The notes below the pieces were generated by a model, which saw only the letters and a program-made list of their open reading frames with translations, was not told the DNA's origin and did no database searches. From Atribacterota bacterium (GTDB taxonomy: Bacteria > Atribacterota > Phoenicimicrobiia > Phoenicimicrobiales > Stramentimicrobiaceae), in contig JAXGNR010000004.1 in NCBI GenBank assembly GCA_040767965.1, positions 384,001-448,000 on the forward strand: 64,000 nt of DNA, written 5' to 3'. Positions 8,504 through 19,030 of the stretch are shown here, piece by piece. Within the stretch, counting starts at the first letter, position 1; each line of letters starts with the position of its first letter. A program made the position numbers and the translations under genes.

Positions 8504-10312
8504 ATGATACAAGAAAAATCTTTTCTAATAAAATTATATGAAATTTTTACTCCTCGGGAGCGTATGCAGGCAGTTTTAATCTTTATTGCCAGCATAATCA
8601 CAGCCTTTGCCCAGGCTTTTGGAGTAGTCAGTATTTTTCCATTTATCAATGTAGTAATGAACCCTGATATTGTCCATAAAAACAAATGGCTTTTCCTCAT
8701 ATACAATAAATTTCATTTCTCAGAGGTTAACTCTTTTATTTTATTTTTGGGAATAGCAGTTTTCTTAACAGTCATATTATCAAGTATTATTTCAGCTATA
8801 ACCACCTGGGGAAAGACAAGGTTTACCCTTGGCAAAAACCATTCCTTATCGAAAAGACTGTTAACTGCCTATCTGTCTCAGCCATATGAGTATTTCCTGC
8901 AAAAAAATAGTAATGAATTAGGTAAAAATGTATTATCTGAAATTAATCAGCTTACCGGCCAGCTCTTAATATCCCTGTTTGATATTATAATTAATGGACT
9001 AATGGTATTAGTAATACTTGGTATGTTATTCATGGCCAATGTGTCTGTTACTATAGGCGCTATTATTTTATTAGGTGGTAGTTATGGAATAATAAATTAT
9101 TTTGTAAAGAATAAGTTGCTTAAAACTGGCCAGGAAAGATTAGAAGCAAACAAGGGAAGATTCAGGATGGCAAATGAAGCCTTGTCTAGTATTAAAACCA
9201 TTAAAATTATGGGCATAGAATCATTTTTTCTCAATAATTATAGCTATTTTTCCTGGAAATTTGCACGTCATAATGTTTTTGCTCACGTAATTGGGGAGAT
9301 TCCCAGGTATCTTCTGGAGGCAGTTACTTTCGGAGGAATTATCTTCTTTGTAATTTTTATGATTGACAGAGGAGAGAGAGTAATAGATTTTGTCCCATTG
9401 CTCAGTCTTTATGCTTTTGCCGCATATCGAACATTGCCAGCACTTAACCGTTTATTTGGCGCCATGACCAGGGTTTATTATAATACAGCAGTTGTAGATA
9501 AAATCTATGAGGACATGATTGAAGTCGGGCTTCGACAACAATCTGATCCGCAATCAACTAACAAAGAAACTGAATTGATATTTAAAAAAGAAATCAGATT
9601 AGAAAATGTAAAATTTTCTTATACAGAATCATCATATGATGTTATTAATGGCATTAATCTGACTATTACCAAAAATCATATCATTGGGCTTGTCGGGGCG
9701 ACTGGATGTGGAAAGACAACATTAGTGGATATTATTCTTGGTTTGCTAACACCTCAATCAGGCCAGATTTTTATAGATAAAACACTAATTTCAGATAAAA
9801 ATATCAAAGCATGGCAAAGGAAAATTGGCTATGTTCCCCAGGAGATTTATTTAAGTGATGATTCTGTCAAAAAAAATATTGCATTTGGCCTGGAAGAAAA
9901 AGATATTAATATGAAACAAGTACAGCAAGTTGCCAGGATTGCAGCCCTGGCAGAATTTGTTGAAAATGAGCTACCCAAAAAATACAATACAATTATAGGG
10001 GAACGTGGTCTTCGCCTCAGCGGTGGCCAGCGTCAAAGAATTGGATTAGCCCGTGCTCTATATAGAAACCCTGAAGTATTAGTATTGGATGAAGCCACTA
10101 GTTCCCTGGATGGAGTCACAGAAGAGATTGTCTTAAAGGCGATTCAAAGTGCTGCTAAATCTAGAACAGTAATAATGATTGCACATCGCTTAAATACCCT
10201 GGAAGATTGTGACCGGATTTATATTTTGGAAAATGGACAGGTTACAGGGCAAGGGACTTATCTGGAATTACTTGATAAGAATCAGCAATTTAGAGATATG
10301 GCAAAACTTTAA
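8504..10312 (+). CDS. ABC transporter TMD+NBD, PglK/HetA-like lipid-linked glycan exporter
   Basis: TM domain, GATGCGKTT, GYVPQ, LSGGQRQR, LDEATS, IAHRL; glycan-locus context. Confidence 0.85.
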   Translation: MIQEKSFLIKLYEIFTPRERMQAVLIFIASIITAFAQAFGVVSIFPFINVVMNPDIVHKNKWLFLIYNKFHFSEVNSFILFLGIAVFLTVILSSIISAITTWGKTRFTLGKNHSLSKRLLTAYLSQPYEYFLQKNSNELGKNVLSEINQLTGQLLISLFDIIINGLMVLVILGMLFMANVSVTIGAIILLGGSYGIINYFVKNKLLKTGQERLEANKGRFRMANEALSSIKTIKIMGIESFFLNNYSYFSWKFARHNVFAHVIGEIPRYLLEAVTFGGIIFFVIFMIDRGERVIDFVPLLSLYAFAAYRTLPALNRLFGAMTRVYYNTAVVDKIYEDMIEVGLRQQSDPQSTNKETELIFKKEIRLENVKFSYTESSYDVINGINLTITKNHIIGLVGATGCGKTTLVDIILGLLTPQSGQIFIDKTLISDKNIKAWQRKIGYVPQEIYLSDDSVKKNIAFGLEEKDINMKQVQQVARIAALAEFVENELPKKYNTIIGERGLRLSGGQRQRIGLARALYRNPEVLVLDEATSSLDGVTEEIVLKAIQSAAKSRTVIMIAHRLNTLEDCDRIYILENGQVTGQGTYLELLDKNQQFRDMAKL

Positions 10313-10371
10313 ATAATATTTTTAAATAAAACAAAAATATTTCCTGAACAACAAAAAGGTTCAATAATTTT

Positions 10372-11862
10372 ATGTTTCAAATAATCGTAGATGGTCTTTA
10401 TCAATTGGCTTCAATCAAGGTTATAGCCGCAATGCTGCTGGGGTCATTTGTCGGGTTAGTTTTTGGATTTTTACCTGGTCTGGGCGGAACAATCGGGATT
10501 GCTATATTTATTCCTTTTTTATTTGGCATGCCTTTCAATTTAAGTTTGGCTTTTTTGTTGAGCTTAAGGGCTTCGGTAATGTTTGGTGGTTCAATTAGTG
10601 CAATTCTTTTTAATGTACCGGGAACTAGCCAGAATATTGCTACATGTTTTGATGGTTTTCCAATGGCCCAAAAAGGTGAAGCTGCCAAAGCAATTGGAAT
10701 TGCTGGAATTTCATCTATGATAGGTGGCTTATTCGGTGCTTTTATGCTTGCAATATTGCTTCCTGTAATAAGGCCGCTAATTATAAGATTTGGGCCTCCG
10801 GAATTTTTTATGTTGACTGTCTTTGGTTTATCTATGATTGTATTATTGACTGAAGGCAGTATTATTAAAGGTTTGATCTCTGCCTGTCTTGGCTTAATGG
10901 TTTCTTTTGTTGGACTGGATTATATTACCGGTTCTGCTAGGTTTACTTTCGGGCAATTAATTTTGTGGGATGGCATAAACTTTATTCCAGTTACTATTGG
11001 TTTATTTGCAATTACAGAGATGATTGAGATGTATATAAGCGGAGGTTCAATTGCAAAACAGATAAGTGATAATAAACAGAAAACAGCTTTGGATGGTATC
11101 TATGCAGCTTTCTCAAAAATTGGTCTTTTGCTAAGAGGAAGTATTATTGGTGTTCTGATAGGTATGATTCCAGGGATAGGTGGTTCAGTAGCAAATATTT
11201 TGGCTTATGGGCATGCAATGCAAACTTCAAAAGAGCCTGATACATTCGGTAGTGGTAATCCGGAAGGAATTATCTGCCCTGAGGCAGCAAATAATGCCAA
11301 GGAGGGTGGTGCATTAATACCTACACTAGCTTTTGGAATACCGGGGAGCGAAGGGATGGCGATTCTTCTGGGAGTATTAATAATGATAGGGTTAGTACCA
11401 GGACCGGAAATGCTGTCTAAACACCTTGATATTGTTTTTATGATTGTTTTTGTACTGGTTATCGGAAATATATTTGCAACAAGTATTGGCTTGTTATTTG
11501 CCAACAAGTTTCAGAGAATAACAATAATTAAAGCCAAACAGCTTATACCGGTAATTTTAATAATATGTTTGATCGGCTCATATGTCATAAACAGGCATTT
11601 TTCTGATATTATTATAACTATTTTTTTTGCTATTATCGGTTATTTTATGAAAAAGCTTCAGTATTCCAGAGCAGCCTTTATTACTGCATTAGTGCTTGGG
11701 ATAATGTTTGAGAGGTATTACCATATCTCAGTCAGGTTATATGGCTATTTATTCATTTTTATCAGACAAATTTCTCTAATAATATTTTTACTAACGATTA
11801 TAAGTCTTGTAATTCCATTTGTTAGAATGAAAAGAAGTAAAGAAAATGAGGTCAACATTTAG
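10372..11862 (+). CDS. tctA: Tripartite tricarboxylate transporter large permease TctA
   Basis: GGSISAILFNVPGT...DGFPMAQKG and PEAANNA...IPTLAFGIPGS. Confidence 0.88.
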   Translation: MFQIIVDGLYQLASIKVIAAMLLGSFVGLVFGFLPGLGGTIGIAIFIPFLFGMPFNLSLAFLLSLRASVMFGGSISAILFNVPGTSQNIATCFDGFPMAQKGEAAKAIGIAGISSMIGGLFGAFMLAILLPVIRPLIIRFGPPEFFMLTVFGLSMIVLLTEGSIIKGLISACLGLMVSFVGLDYITGSARFTFGQLILWDGINFIPVTIGLFAITEMIEMYISGGSIAKQISDNKQKTALDGIYAAFSKIGLLLRGSIIGVLIGMIPGIGGSVANILAYGHAMQTSKEPDTFGSGNPEGIICPEAANNAKEGGALIPTLAFGIPGSEGMAILLGVLIMIGLVPGPEMLSKHLDIVFMIVFVLVIGNIFATSIGLLFANKFQRITIIKAKQLIPVILIICLIGSYVINRHFSDIIITIFFAIIGYFMKKLQYSRAAFITALVLGIMFERYYHISVRLYGYLFIFIRQISLIIFLLTIISLVIPFVRMKRSKENEVNI

Positions 11863-12371
11863 TGAAAAGACTAAGAATTTCTGTTATTTTCATAATAATG
11901 ATTTTGTTTATTGCTATCGGTTTTATTTTAATAGGGAAAAATTTGCCGGAAAGATCAAAATTAATTCCTAATATGATTAGCTCAATACTAATTTTATTAA
12001 CTGCTATTCAGATTTTTCTAGAAGTTAATCCAAAATATAAAGAACAAGAATTTGGAAAATTCAAACTATTTGTTAATTTTTCTAAAATACAAAAAAAGAA
12101 AATATCCTATAACAAAAATGAGGAAAAAGATGGCCATGAAAACAAAAAGTTTTTCCAAATATTAATGTGGATTCTATTTCTCGTTGTGGGGATATATTTT
12201 TTAGGTTTTTTGATGATATTACCAGTATTTTTCTTTTTATTTTATTATATTGAGTGTCATTACAAATGGAATAATGCATTGATTGTGACCTTTATTTTTT
12301 TAGCTATTATTTATTTAGTTTTTGAGAAATTTTTAGGAATAGATCTGTATAAAGGGATTGTGTTTTTGTAA
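11862..12371 (+). CDS. tctB: TTT small permease TctB
   Basis: 4-5 TM protein between tctA and tctC; LGF motif and C-terminal F..FLGIDL..G. Confidence 0.7.
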   Translation: MKRLRISVIFIIMILFIAIGFILIGKNLPERSKLIPNMISSILILLTAIQIFLEVNPKYKEQEFGKFKLFVNFSKIQKKKISYNKNEEKDGHENKKFFQILMWILFLVVGIYFLGFLMILPVFFFLFYYIECHYKWNNALIVTFIFLAIIYLVFEKFLGIDLYKGIVFL

Positions 12372-12436
12372 AATATTTAAAAAACTAAATTTAAAACATT
12401 TTCTTTAATATATTTCAAATTTAAAAGGGGAAAAAA

Positions 12437-13469
12437 GTGGGAAGAAATTTGTCAATATTTTTAATAATATTTATTATATTTATTATAACAACCGGTTCAG
12501 TATTTTCGTCAAATAAACCTTTTTATGAAGGAAAAACAATAAAAATCATTGTTCCGCATGGAGCCGGAGGAGGATTTGATACATATGCTCGAATGATTCA
12601 ACCGTACCTTGAAAAATATCTTCCGGGAAGCAAAGTAATTGTTGAAAACATTCCGGGGGCTGGAGGTGAGATAGGCAGAAACCTGGCTTTCACAGCTAAG
12701 CCTGAAGGTAATACAATTTGTCTTACTGCAGGTAATGATATGGTATTTAATACAATTGCAGAATCAGAAAGTGTAAAATATAAAATAAATGAATGGATAT
12801 ATTTAGCAAGGATAAATATGGAGCCTTCGATATTAACTGTATCTTCCCATTCATCTTTGGAATCATTTGAAGATATTGTTAAATCTGATAATATATTTTA
12901 TTTTTCATGTTCCGGAGTTGGGGATGCAGATTACTTTGCCCTAGGGGTTACTGCTCCCGTATTTGATTTTAAAATCCTGCCTGTGACAGGTTATGCTGGT
13001 TCCAAAGAAGCCTCTATGGCAGTAGTTCGAGGAGAAGTTGAACTATGGCAGCCCTCTTTAGGAACTGCTTTGCCCTTAATTAATAATGGAGATGTCAAGG
13101 CAATGGTTTTGTATAGCATGGAGAGGAAGCACGTTCTTCCCGAAATTCCTACTTTGATGGAAATAGCCAAAAATAATAAATTCCGATTAACCGAAATAGA
13201 CAAGAAGATTATTAAAGCTTTGATAAATGTTAATGAAGTAAGAAGGGTAATAATTGCACCGCCAAATGGACGAAGAAAAGACTATAATTTTAAGAGAAGC
13301 TCTCAAAAAAGCATTGAATGATTTTGAGTTAATAGAATTTTCTGAAAAAATAAATCGGCCTATAGTTTATCTGGAAGGTGGTAAAGTCGCAGAGCTTATA
13401 AGTGAAACAATGGGAATAAAAGATATAATTAAACCAATTCTTGTAGAAACATTAAAATTAGCTAATTGA
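12437..13469 (+). pseudogene. tctC: TTT substrate-binding protein TctC, frameshifted near 13265
   Basis: IIVPHGAGGGFDTYAR, VENIPGAGG, GYAGS...VVRGEV; C-terminus (EEKTIILREALKKALND) continues in another frame after APP. Confidence 0.8.
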
Positions 13470-13539
13470 TATTAATAATCTGCTAATAAATACTGAAGAA
13501 AAGTTAAAATTCTTATTTTAATTAAAACAATTGAGGCAA

Positions 13540-14499
13540 ATGAATAGAATAAAAAAAATAATACTTAAAATTATTAAAAGATATGAATTTTCATATATTT
13601 TTTTCAAAAATCTAAAAATATATATCTTATATTATATAAATAAGATAACTAATAACCGATTAGAAAAAAATGCTTTTTATAATAGACTGGGTTATAGTGT
13701 AAATTTAAAGAACCCTAATTCTTTTAATGAAAAGGTTGTTTGGAAAAAAATTCATGATAGAAACCCTTTGCTGCCGATTATTACTGATAAATACCAGGTG
13801 CGCTCTTATATAAAGAACCTCCTTGGTGGAAAAAAAGCACAAGAAATTCTGATACCTTTGCTCTATATAACTGATAAGCCTGAAACGATTCCATTTGACG
13901 AGCTCCCGGCAAAGTATATTATAAAACCAAACAATGCAGCTGGAAGAAGAATTATAGTAGAAGATAGTATCGCTATTGATAAAGAAGATATTATAAAGAC
14001 ATGTAAGAGATGGATGAAAATACCCTATGGGTTAGCTGCGCTGGAATGGTCATATATTCCTGTAAAGAGAAGAATAATTATTGAAAAATTATTAAGAGAT
14101 GATAATGGCAAAACTCCAAAAGAACTGAAATTTTTTATGTTTCATGGTAAGTGTAAAGCTGTTTATTTGATTTTAGATAAGCTTAACACTCCTTTCAGGA
14201 GCTATTATGATGAAAAATGGAATATACTGCCTGTAAGAAAACCAAATCGGCTTCAGGGTAAAAAAATCGAAAAACCAAAAAATTATGAAGAAATGGTTAT
14301 GTTAGCTGAAAAACTTTCGAAGCCCTTTGATTTTCTCAGAGTTGACTTATATAACCTGGATGGGAAGATATGGTTTGGAGAATTAACCAATTACCCTTAT
14401 AGCGGGAAATTAAAATTTATACCAGAATCATTTGATTATGAATTAGGAAAATATTGGAAAATAGAACCTGAATATTGGAAAAATAATAATAAAATTTAA
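13540..14499 (+). CDS. TupA-like ATP-grasp amidoligase
   Basis: NLKNPNSFNEK, DKYQVRSY, IIKPN, KFFMFHG, FLRVDLY, FGELTNYP. Confidence 0.85.
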   Translation: MNRIKKIILKIIKRYEFSYIFFKNLKIYILYYINKITNNRLEKNAFYNRLGYSVNLKNPNSFNEKVVWKKIHDRNPLLPIITDKYQVRSYIKNLLGGKKAQEILIPLLYITDKPETIPFDELPAKYIIKPNNAAGRRIIVEDSIAIDKEDIIKTCKRWMKIPYGLAALEWSYIPVKRRIIIEKLLRDDNGKTPKELKFFMFHGKCKAVYLILDKLNTPFRSYYDEKWNILPVRKPNRLQGKKIEKPKNYEEMVMLAEKLSKPFDFLRVDLYNLDGKIWFGELTNYPYSGKLKFIPESFDYELGKYWKIEPEYWKNNNKI

Positions 14500-14954
14500 T
14501 AAAAAGAATTGTTTTTTAAAAAGGTAATACATAAAAAATTCTATTAAATTTGTTCTTTGACAATGAAAATCTATTGATTCAGTATCACCCTTAATAGTAT
14601 AGCAGGGTTCTCATTACGGTGGTTAAACCTCCTTTATACTTCTTTTAAGTAGAGAGTAAAATAGATACTTGAGATACAGTGGTAATCATACTGCCAGTGT
14701 TTGACAAATAACCTGAAGTCTTCAATATCATTCAGACTATCTCATCCTTTGGGTATAACTTAAGCAATTATTTTGGATGTATTAAATGTTTTATTAAACT
14801 AACATTATTTACCGGATATGTATAATTATAAGTGCTTCGATAAATACTCTTGTGGCTGATTTTTTACTAAATATATTATATGAAGCTTTTTTACGAAAAT
14901 TTGATGGATATTTTCTTTAAAAGTAAAGTCTTTAAATTTAATAGGGAGTTGTAA

Positions 14955-16190
14955 ATGAAAATACTAACAGTGGTCTGCAATTTAGAAAAGGGTGGTACTC
15001 AAAGGGCTGCTCAAAACTTTTGCGAAGGTTATTATGAGCTTGGAGCAGATAGCAAAATATTAGCTGTTAGTGGTGGTGGGATAAGAGTAAAAGAATTAAG
15101 GGAAAAAAATATAGATATATGGTTAGATTTTAATGAAAATACCTTAAGTGAAATAAAAAGATGGTTTCCAGATGTAATTCATATCCATTCTCATAGAATA
15201 GAAGAAAGTATTATTTATAAAATAAAAGAATTGTTACCAACAGCAAAATTTATAGAAACAAATGTATTTTCGATTCCTTCTAATTACGCGCATATAATAG
15301 ACTATAGTTATCAATTATCAAGTTGGTGTGAATATTTATATGCTTCAAGAGGTGGAAAAATAAGCAAATCTTTAGTATTGCCTAATCCAGTTAAAACAAA
15401 AAATTTTTATAAATCAACTGAAATGGAAATAATTAATTTTAAGCAAAAATATAATATACCAAATAATAATTTTATATTTGGTAGAATTGGCCAACATTTT
15501 TATGGAAAATGGTCTTTATATTTAATTGATCTATTCAAAAGATTTGTCAATAATGTTAATAATAAATGCATTTTATTATTAATTAATCCTCCAAAAGAAA
15601 TCTTTGATCATATTAAAGTTAATAAAATAAAAGAAAAAGTCGTTATAATTAATCAAATTACAAATGATAATGAGTTACGAAATTGCTATTCAGCTATAGA
15701 TGTTTTTCTTCATATAGCTAATAAGGGTGAAAGTTTTGGCATGGTCCTGGCAGAGTCTCTATTATGTAAAACACCGGTTATAAGTTTAAATACCCCTTGG
15801 GGAGATAACTCTCAAAATGAAATTATAGGAAAAGGTGGTAAATGTGTAAATACGATAGATGAGTTTTATAAAGAAATGATATATTTATATAAAAACAAAC
15901 GCTTAAGAGATAATCTAGGGACAAATGGACGTATACAAATAATTAATAATTATGATTATTTAAAGTTATCAAAAAATAGTATAGATATAGTTAATAATAA
16001 TTTTAATAAAAGTAAATTATCAAAAAATAATATTTTTAAATTTTATAAAATAGATGGGCTAAAAGATTTGATTGCATTATTATTAATTTGGATTAAATTT
16101 AATATTAGAATTAGAAATTCTCATAAATATATAAATTACTTATTAAGAAAATTATATAATTTTGAGCTTAAGAAAGGATATTTTATATGA
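14955..16190 (+). CDS. GT4 glycosyltransferase
   Basis: KGGTQR N-terminus, [14 protein letters not shown] (EX7E). Confidence 0.85.
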   Translation: MKILTVVCNLEKGGTQRAAQNFCEGYYELGADSKILAVSGGGIRVKELREKNIDIWLDFNENTLSEIKRWFPDVIHIHSHRIEESIIYKIKELLPTAKFIETNVFSIPSNYAHIIDYSYQLSSWCEYLYASRGGKISKSLVLPNPVKTKNFYKSTEMEIINFKQKYNIPNNNFIFGRIGQHFYGKWSLYLIDLFKRFVNNVNNKCILLLINPPKEIFDHIKVNKIKEKVVIINQITNDNELRNCYSAIDVFLHIANKGESFGMVLAESLLCKTPVISLNTPWGDNSQNEIIGKGGKCVNTIDEFYKEMIYLYKNKRLRDNLGTNGRIQIINNYDYLKLSKNSIDIVNNNFNKSKLSKNNIFKFYKIDGLKDLIALLLIWIKFNIRIRNSHKYINYLLRKLYNFELKKGYFI

Positions 16191-17140
16191 AAAAACGTAT
16201 TCTGGTAACTGGTGGTGCCGGATTTATAGGTTCTCATCTGTGCAAAAAACTTTTAGATTCCCGGAATGAAGTCTTATGTGTAGACAATTTTTTTACCGGC
16301 CGTAAAGAAAACATTATCCATCTTATAAATAATCCTTATTTTGAATTTCTGCGTCATGATGTTACTTTCCCACTATATGTAGAAGTAGACGGAATTTATA
16401 ACTTAGCCTGTCCTGCAAGTCCGTTTTATTATTCAATTGACCCAGTGCAAACCACTAAAACTTCAGTTATAGGTGCTATCAATATGCTAGGCCTGGCCAA
16501 AAGGCTAAAAATAAAGATATTACAGGCATCCACCAGCGAAGTTTACGGAGACCCGGCAATTCACCCCCAACCAGAAAGTTATCGGGGAAATGTTAATCCC
16601 ATAGGCCCAAGAGCCTGTTATGATGAAGGGAAAAGGTGTGCTGAGACTCTTTTTTTTGACTATCACAGGCAACTTAATATAAAAATAAAAGTAGTCAGAA
16701 TTTTTAATACCTATGGACCTCGAATGAGACCAGACGACGGAAGGGTTATCAGCAATTTCATCATTCAAGCATTGCAAAATAAAGACATTACCATATATGG
16801 AGATGGCAGCCAAACCAGAAGTTTTTGCTATATAGATGACATGATTGAAGGAATTACCAGGATAATGGATAGTCCTGATAAGGTAACAGGGCCTATCAAT
16901 CTGGGAAATTCTGAAGAAATAAGTATTTTAAACCTTGCTGAAAAAATCATTAATCTAACCAATTCAAAATCGAAAATTATTTTTAATAGTTTACCGGAAA
17001 ATGATCCCAAACGCAGATGTCCGGAAATAAGCAAAGCAAAAAATATAATTAGATGGCAGGCAGAAACAAAAATTGATGATGGTTTGAAAGCAACCATTGA
17101 ATACTTTGAAAAATTATTAAAAGAAGGAGCTCATGAATAA
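16187..17140 (+). CDS. uxs: UDP-glucuronate decarboxylase (UDP-xylose synthase)
   Basis: [50 protein letters not shown]. Confidence 0.9.
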   Translation: MKKRILVTGGAGFIGSHLCKKLLDSRNEVLCVDNFFTGRKENIIHLINNPYFEFLRHDVTFPLYVEVDGIYNLACPASPFYYSIDPVQTTKTSVIGAINMLGLAKRLKIKILQASTSEVYGDPAIHPQPESYRGNVNPIGPRACYDEGKRCAETLFFDYHRQLNIKIKVVRIFNTYGPRMRPDDGRVISNFIIQALQNKDITIYGDGSQTRSFCYIDDMIEGITRIMDSPDKVTGPINLGNSEEISILNLAEKIINLTNSKSKIIFNSLPENDPKRRCPEISKAKNIIRWQAETKIDDGLKATIEYFEKLLKEGAHE

Positions 17141-18557
17141 AAGGGAAGTAGTTATTATTGGAGCAGGACCTGCTGGTCTGGGAGCTGCACTTGAATTGCA
17201 AAAAAATAATATAAAAGATATTTTGGTAATTGATAGGAATTCTATACCAGGAGGACTATCAAGAACAATTAATTACAAAGGCAATCATTTTGATATCGGC
17301 CCTCACCGTTTCTATACAAAAAATAGGGATGTTAACGAAGTATGGCATCAAACTTTAAAAAGCAATTTTAAAGCAGTTAACCGACTCACTAGAATATATT
17401 ATAAAAACAAATTTTTTAATTATCCCTTGAAACCATTTAATGCCCTTATAAATTTAGGAATTAGTGACTCTGCCCAGGTAATACTGGATTACTTTATTAC
17501 AAGAGTTCAGAACAATAAAAAGGAAGTGCATTCTTTTGAGGACTGGGTAAGTAGACAATTTGGCAACAAACTATATCAAATATTTTTTAAAACATATTCC
17601 GAAAAGATTTGGGGGATTGACTGTAAAGATATCAGCGCTGATTGGGCTGCTCAGAGAATTAAAGGACTTAACTTATATAGAGCAGTAATAGACTCATTGA
17701 ATCTATCTAAAAATAATAAAAATAGCAAAACTTTAATAGATGAATTCGATTACCCTGTTTTCGGTGCTGGCATGATGTATGAAAAAATGGCGGAAAAGAT
17801 TATTCAGAATAATGGGGATATAATCTACAATTCAAGAGTTAAACAGATAAATATCAAGAATGACAAAATAGAATCAATTTTAGTGAATACAAATGAAAAA
17901 GATTATTTAGTTTCAGCAAAAATGTTTTTTTCTTCCATGCCTTTAACAAAAATAATACAGGCAATCACGCCGAAAGCCAAAGAAAGCATCATAAATGCCT
18001 CAAAAGAACTTTTTTTTAGAGACCATATCACAGTGAACCTATTGATTGACAGCGGTAGATTGTTCCCGGACCATTGGATTTATGTACATTCACCTGAAGT
18101 AAAAATGGCAAGGTTGGCTAATTATAATAATTTCAGCAGCAAGATGACCGAAAACAAGAATGAAACAGCAATGAGTGTTGAATATTTCGTATTTAAAAAT
18201 GACGACATATGGACCATGGATGATAAAGATATATTTAAACTTGCTGTGGAAGAGCTGCACTATCTGAATTTAGTAGACAAAAAATTAGTCATTGATGGTT
18301 TTACAATCAGAGAAACTGACACCTATCCAGTGTATTTTATTGGATACGAAAAATATTTTAATATTATTAAAGAATATATCAGTCAGCTTTCCAATTTGCA
18401 ATGTATCGGCAGGGGTGGAATGTATAAATATAATAACCAAGACCATTCGCTGTATACAGGCATGCTCGCTGCAAAAAATTATTGTGGTTCAAATTATAAT
18501 ATCTGGAATGTTAATGTTGATGCAGAGTATCATGAGGACGCTAAAAGATATTCATGA
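17133..18557 (+). CDS. FAD-dependent oxidoreductase (HemY/UDP-galactopyranose-mutase-like family typical of glycan loci)
   Basis: [39 protein letters not shown]. Confidence 0.75.
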   Translation: MNKREVVIIGAGPAGLGAALELQKNNIKDILVIDRNSIPGGLSRTINYKGNHFDIGPHRFYTKNRDVNEVWHQTLKSNFKAVNRLTRIYYKNKFFNYPLKPFNALINLGISDSAQVILDYFITRVQNNKKEVHSFEDWVSRQFGNKLYQIFFKTYSEKIWGIDCKDISADWAAQRIKGLNLYRAVIDSLNLSKNNKNSKTLIDEFDYPVFGAGMMYEKMAEKIIQNNGDIIYNSRVKQINIKNDKIESILVNTNEKDYLVSAKMFFSSMPLTKIIQAITPKAKESIINASKELFFRDHITVNLLIDSGRLFPDHWIYVHSPEVKMARLANYNNFSSKMTENKNETAMSVEYFVFKNDDIWTMDDKDIFKLAVEELHYLNLVDKKLVIDGFTIRETDTYPVYFIGYEKYFNIIKEYISQLSNLQCIGRGGMYKYNNQDHSLYTGMLAAKNYCGSNYNIWNVNVDAEYHEDAKRYS

Positions 18558-18616
18558 TTGATAATTCATAGATATTTAAGTTATTATAGGTAAGTAATCA
18601 AGAAATATTAAAAAAA

Positions 18617-19030
18617 ATGAAAATAATAAAATATTTTATTGTAGGTTCTGTTGCGGCCATAACAGATATTTCGCTTTTTTATATATTTGCAAAATTATTA
18701 GAATTAAATTATTTTTTAGTTGCTTTTTTCAGCTACACAATCGCGACTTTTGTAAATTATATTCTCAGTATAAGGTTTGTTTTTAAAAGTGGAATAAAAT
18801 ATTCAAAAAAAGCAGAAATCATTTTAATATACTTGATTAGCGGAATTGCTATTTTTATAAATCAACTCAGTCTGTATATATTAGTGAATTTACTATTCAT
18901 TAAATTAATAACCTCAAAAATAATTGCAACTGTAATAACTTTTTTCTGGAATTATTATATGAGGAATAATTTTATTTTTAGAAGCATATATTTAAAAGAA
19001 AAGAGCAGGATTATTATTGATAAAGAATAA
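18617..19030 (+). CDS. GtrA-family polyprenyl-phosphate-sugar flippase
   Basis: 4 TM; KYFIVG...D, NY...RFVF, WNY...FIF. Confidence 0.85.
   Translation: MKIIKYFIVGSVAAITDISLFYIFAKLLELNYFLVAFFSYTIATFVNYILSIRFVFKSGIKYSKKAEIILIYLISGIAIFINQLSLYILVNLLFIKLITSKIIATVITFFWNYYMRNNFIFRSIYLKEKSRIIIDKE

Noticed and set aside
14728-14748. Minus-strand GATGAGATAGTCTGA as a group I intron S element
   Set aside because: No host gene and no recognisable P, Q or R elements
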